This document shows, piece by piece, positions 48,701 through 50,508 of a stretch of 50,508 nt of DNA (position 1 is the stretch's first letter; each line of letters begins with the position of its first letter). This stretch comes from an uncultured Candidatus Saccharibacteria bacterium (GTDB lineage Bacteria; Patescibacteriota; Minisyncoccia; Phycocordibacterales; UBA2100). Location of the stretch: positions 1-50,508 of the forward strand of contig CAZOZG010000004.1 of the NCBI GenBank assembly GCA_964584225.1. Reading direction: 5' to 3'. A program made the translations under genes and the position numbers. Under the pieces are notes generated by a model, which ran no database searches, was not told where the DNA came from, and worked only from the letters and a program-made list of their open reading frames with translations.

Positions 48701-50359
48701 TCAGACGCTCACAATGACCGGAATGACTATAGGTCGTTTCATCGTGCGCTGCAAGAGGAAGCGGGAGACGCTTTCGGCGAGGTCGTCGCGAGCGGCGTCG
48801 AGATCGGCCGCGCGTGGGTTGCGCATCGAGCCTTCTACAGATTTTCTGATGATGAGTCGTGTCTGATCCATCAGCTCCTTGTTGTCCCTGAGATACACAA
48901 AGCCACGCGAGATGATATCAGGGGATTTGTGGAGTTTGCCGGTGCGGCGGTCGATCGTCGCGACGACGACGCAGAAGCCTTCCTGACCGAGCGCTTTTCG
49001 ATCGCGCATCAGTACATCTGAGAGTTCTGTCACGGTATGACCTTCGACGACTCGCAATTCCGCAGGTGCTTTCATTTGGTGCTTGTCGATCTTTTCGCCG
49101 CGGTGGATCTCAATGAGGGAGCCGTTGTCGGGAATCGCGATGTGTTTGGGGTCGACACCCATTTCAACGGCGAGGTCGGCGTGTACGCGAAGCATGTAGT
49201 GATATCCGTGCACGGGGATGAAGAACTTCGGATGGATTTGTTTGTGAATCCATGCCGCTTCTTCGCGATTGCCGTGGCCTGATGCGTGCACGTCTGAAGC
49301 GTGGTAGGTGATGATGTGTGCGCCTTGACGCGAGAGGTTGTCTTTGAGTTTCTGCACGGCGCGTTCGTTGCCGGGAATGACGGATGACGAAAGTACGACA
49401 GTATCTGTCGGCTCGAGGCGAATGTGTTTGTGCGTTTTGTTGCCGATGCGAGCGAGCGAAGCGAATTCGTCGCCTTGTGCGCCAGTCGCGAGGATGATCA
49501 TCTTATCTTTCGGGTACTGATTCATGTTCTCGACGGCGACTACGGTGTCATCCTTGTATTTCACAAGGCCGAGCTCGCGCGCGATTTCGATGTTGGTGCG
49601 CATCGAGCGGCCGTCGATGACAATTTTTTTGCCGTAGGTTTCGGCAAAATGAATGACGCGAATCAAACGCTCCAGGTGTGAGGCAAACATTGCAATAATG
49701 AGACGACCTTTCGAGCCCTTCACAATATTTTCGAGCGTACGATAGACATTTTTCTCCGGAATGGAGAAGCCCGGCTGCCACACATTGGTGGAGTCCATGA
49801 GGAGCGCGAGTACTTTGCGCTCTTTGAAAACGCCGAACTCGCGCTTCTCTTCATCTGACGGTTCGCCGTCGTCGTGATTGAGCTTGATGTCGCCCGTGAA
49901 GACGATATCGCCCCACGGTGTCTCAATGATGATGCCCATCGAATCAGGCACGGTGTGTGTGACGCCGAAAAAGCGCACCGTGTGACTGCCGAGTTTGATG
50001 ACTTCGTCTTTCTCGACTTCGCGAATTTGGACTGGCGTCGTTTGCGAAAATTCTTCTTGCCGCTTTTGAATCATTTTGCCGGTGAGTTTCCTCGTGTAGA
50101 TCGTCGGATTGCCGATACGATCGATAACGTAGGGAATACCACCGATGTGATCGAGGTGGCCGTGCGAAATGAGAAGTCCGCGGATTTTGTCGCGCCGCTC
50201 TTCAAGATAGCCGGTGTTGGGCAAGATGTAATCGATGCCAGGCGTTTCGTCCTCGCGGAATTGAAAGCCTGCGTCGAGGATGAAAATGTCGTCGTGGAAT
50301 TCAATCGCGGTCATGTTGCGGCCGATTTCTTCGACCCCGCCTAAGGGAATGATGCGCAC
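48701..50359 (-). CDS. rnj: Ribonuclease J (metallo-beta-lactamase/beta-CASP); the true start is probably upstream of the window
   Basis: IIPLGGVEEIGRNMT, HGHLDHIGG, and beta-CASP plus C-terminal domains. The frame stays open from 50360 to 50508 (...RDRPRRHFGRPSHPPRRGRTRVEHQTSTIPRKNGAPIPPPAEDT|VRIIPLGG). The track start is a GTG. Confidence 0.92.
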   Translation of the reverse strand: MRIIPLGGVEEIGRNMTAIEFHDDIFILDAGFQFREDETPGIDYILPNTGYLEERRDKIRGLLISHGHLDHIGGIPYVIDRIGNPTIYTRKLTGKMIQKRQEEFSQTTPVQIREVEKDEVIKLGSHTVRFFGVTHTVPDSMGIIIETPWGDIVFTGDIKLNHDDGEPSDEEKREFGVFKERKVLALLMDSTNVWQPGFSIPEKNVYRTLENIVKGSKGRLIIAMFASHLERLIRVIHFAETYGKKIVIDGRSMRTNIEIARELGLVKYKDDTVVAVENMNQYPKDKMIILATGAQGDEFASLARIGNKTHKHIRLEPTDTVVLSSSVIPGNERAVQKLKDNLSRQGAHIITYHASDVHASGHGNREEAAWIHKQIHPKFFIPVHGYHYMLRVHADLAVEMGVDPKHIAIPDNGSLIEIHRGEKIDKHQMKAPAELRVVEGHTVTELSDVLMRDRKALGQEGFCVVVATIDRRTGKLHKSPDIISRGFVYLRDNKELMDQTRLIIRKSVEGSMRNPRAADLDAARDDLAESVSRFLLQRTMKRPIVIPVIVSV

Positions 50360-50508
50360 CGTGTCTTCCGCGGGTGGCGGAATGGGTGCGCCGTTTTTGC
50401 GTGGGATCGTACTCGTCTGGTGCTCGACGCGTGTGCGACCGCGGCGTGGCGGATGCGACGGGCGGCCGAAATGGCGACGCGGTCGGTCGCGCAGGGGGCT
50501 CGGGGAGC

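Noticed and set aside
1-50508. Search for CRISPR arrays, DGR (template/variable repeats plus reverse transcriptase), IS elements, integrases, rRNA and tRNA.
   Set aside because: I found no regularly spaced direct repeats, no YxDD-type RT ORF, no transposase- or integrase-like ORF, and no cloverleaf-compatible intergenic sequence. The scan was by eye only, so short or degenerate elements could be missed.

Overview
This 50.5-kb window is mostly a compact bacterial chromosome segment of about 45-55% GC. It is roughly 90% coding, and many gene junctions are spaced or overlapped by only 1-20 nt. The gene content suggests a reduced Patescibacteria/CPR-like genome, but that taxonomic call is inference only. 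The supporting genes are a 2389-aa glycine-rich surface protein with a small paralog, a sortase, several PG-binding/Gmad2/FN3-like exoproteins, a short MetK, isolated aroQ and DHOD-like genes, and RNase J with a basic N-extension.

Recognisable housekeeping genes are obg (5'-truncated), an ABC-2 exporter pair, typA, msrB, a cyclophilin, glmS, aroQ, metK, maf, a yvcK-like gene, nth, ddl, a mutY-like gene and rnj. No rRNA, tRNA, CRISPR array, transposase, integrase or reverse transcriptase was seen.

Points worth a second look:
1. The first ~720 nt are 60-70% GC and encode, on the minus strand, a family-B DNA polymerase fragment. It abuts a 5'-truncated obg head-to-head, so this is either a chimeric join or a real rearrangement.
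2. A four-gene exoprotein operon (1306-11459) is built around the giant protein. That protein has repeated polyglycine modules and shares a Tyr-rich post-signal motif (YGEGYYYSEGYYYSQ) with its small paralog.
3. A recurrent TGnTAnAnT extended -10 box sits exactly 6-8 nt upstream of many start codons, which implies leaderless mRNAs.
4. A ~2.1-kb low-GC islet carries a split NYN-domain gene plus a type II R-M pair. The split falls exactly on an A_AAA_AAG -1 slippery heptamer.
5. An S-box (SAM-I-like) riboswitch with a minimal P4 lies upstream of metK.
6. A promoter-to-terminator unit with no ORF (candidate sRNA) lies at 38.8-39.0 kb.
7. A 56-aa basic ORF lies below the ORF-track size cutoff.

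I cannot point to a complete, clearly novel multi-gene system with confidence. The exoprotein operon and the islet are the best candidates.
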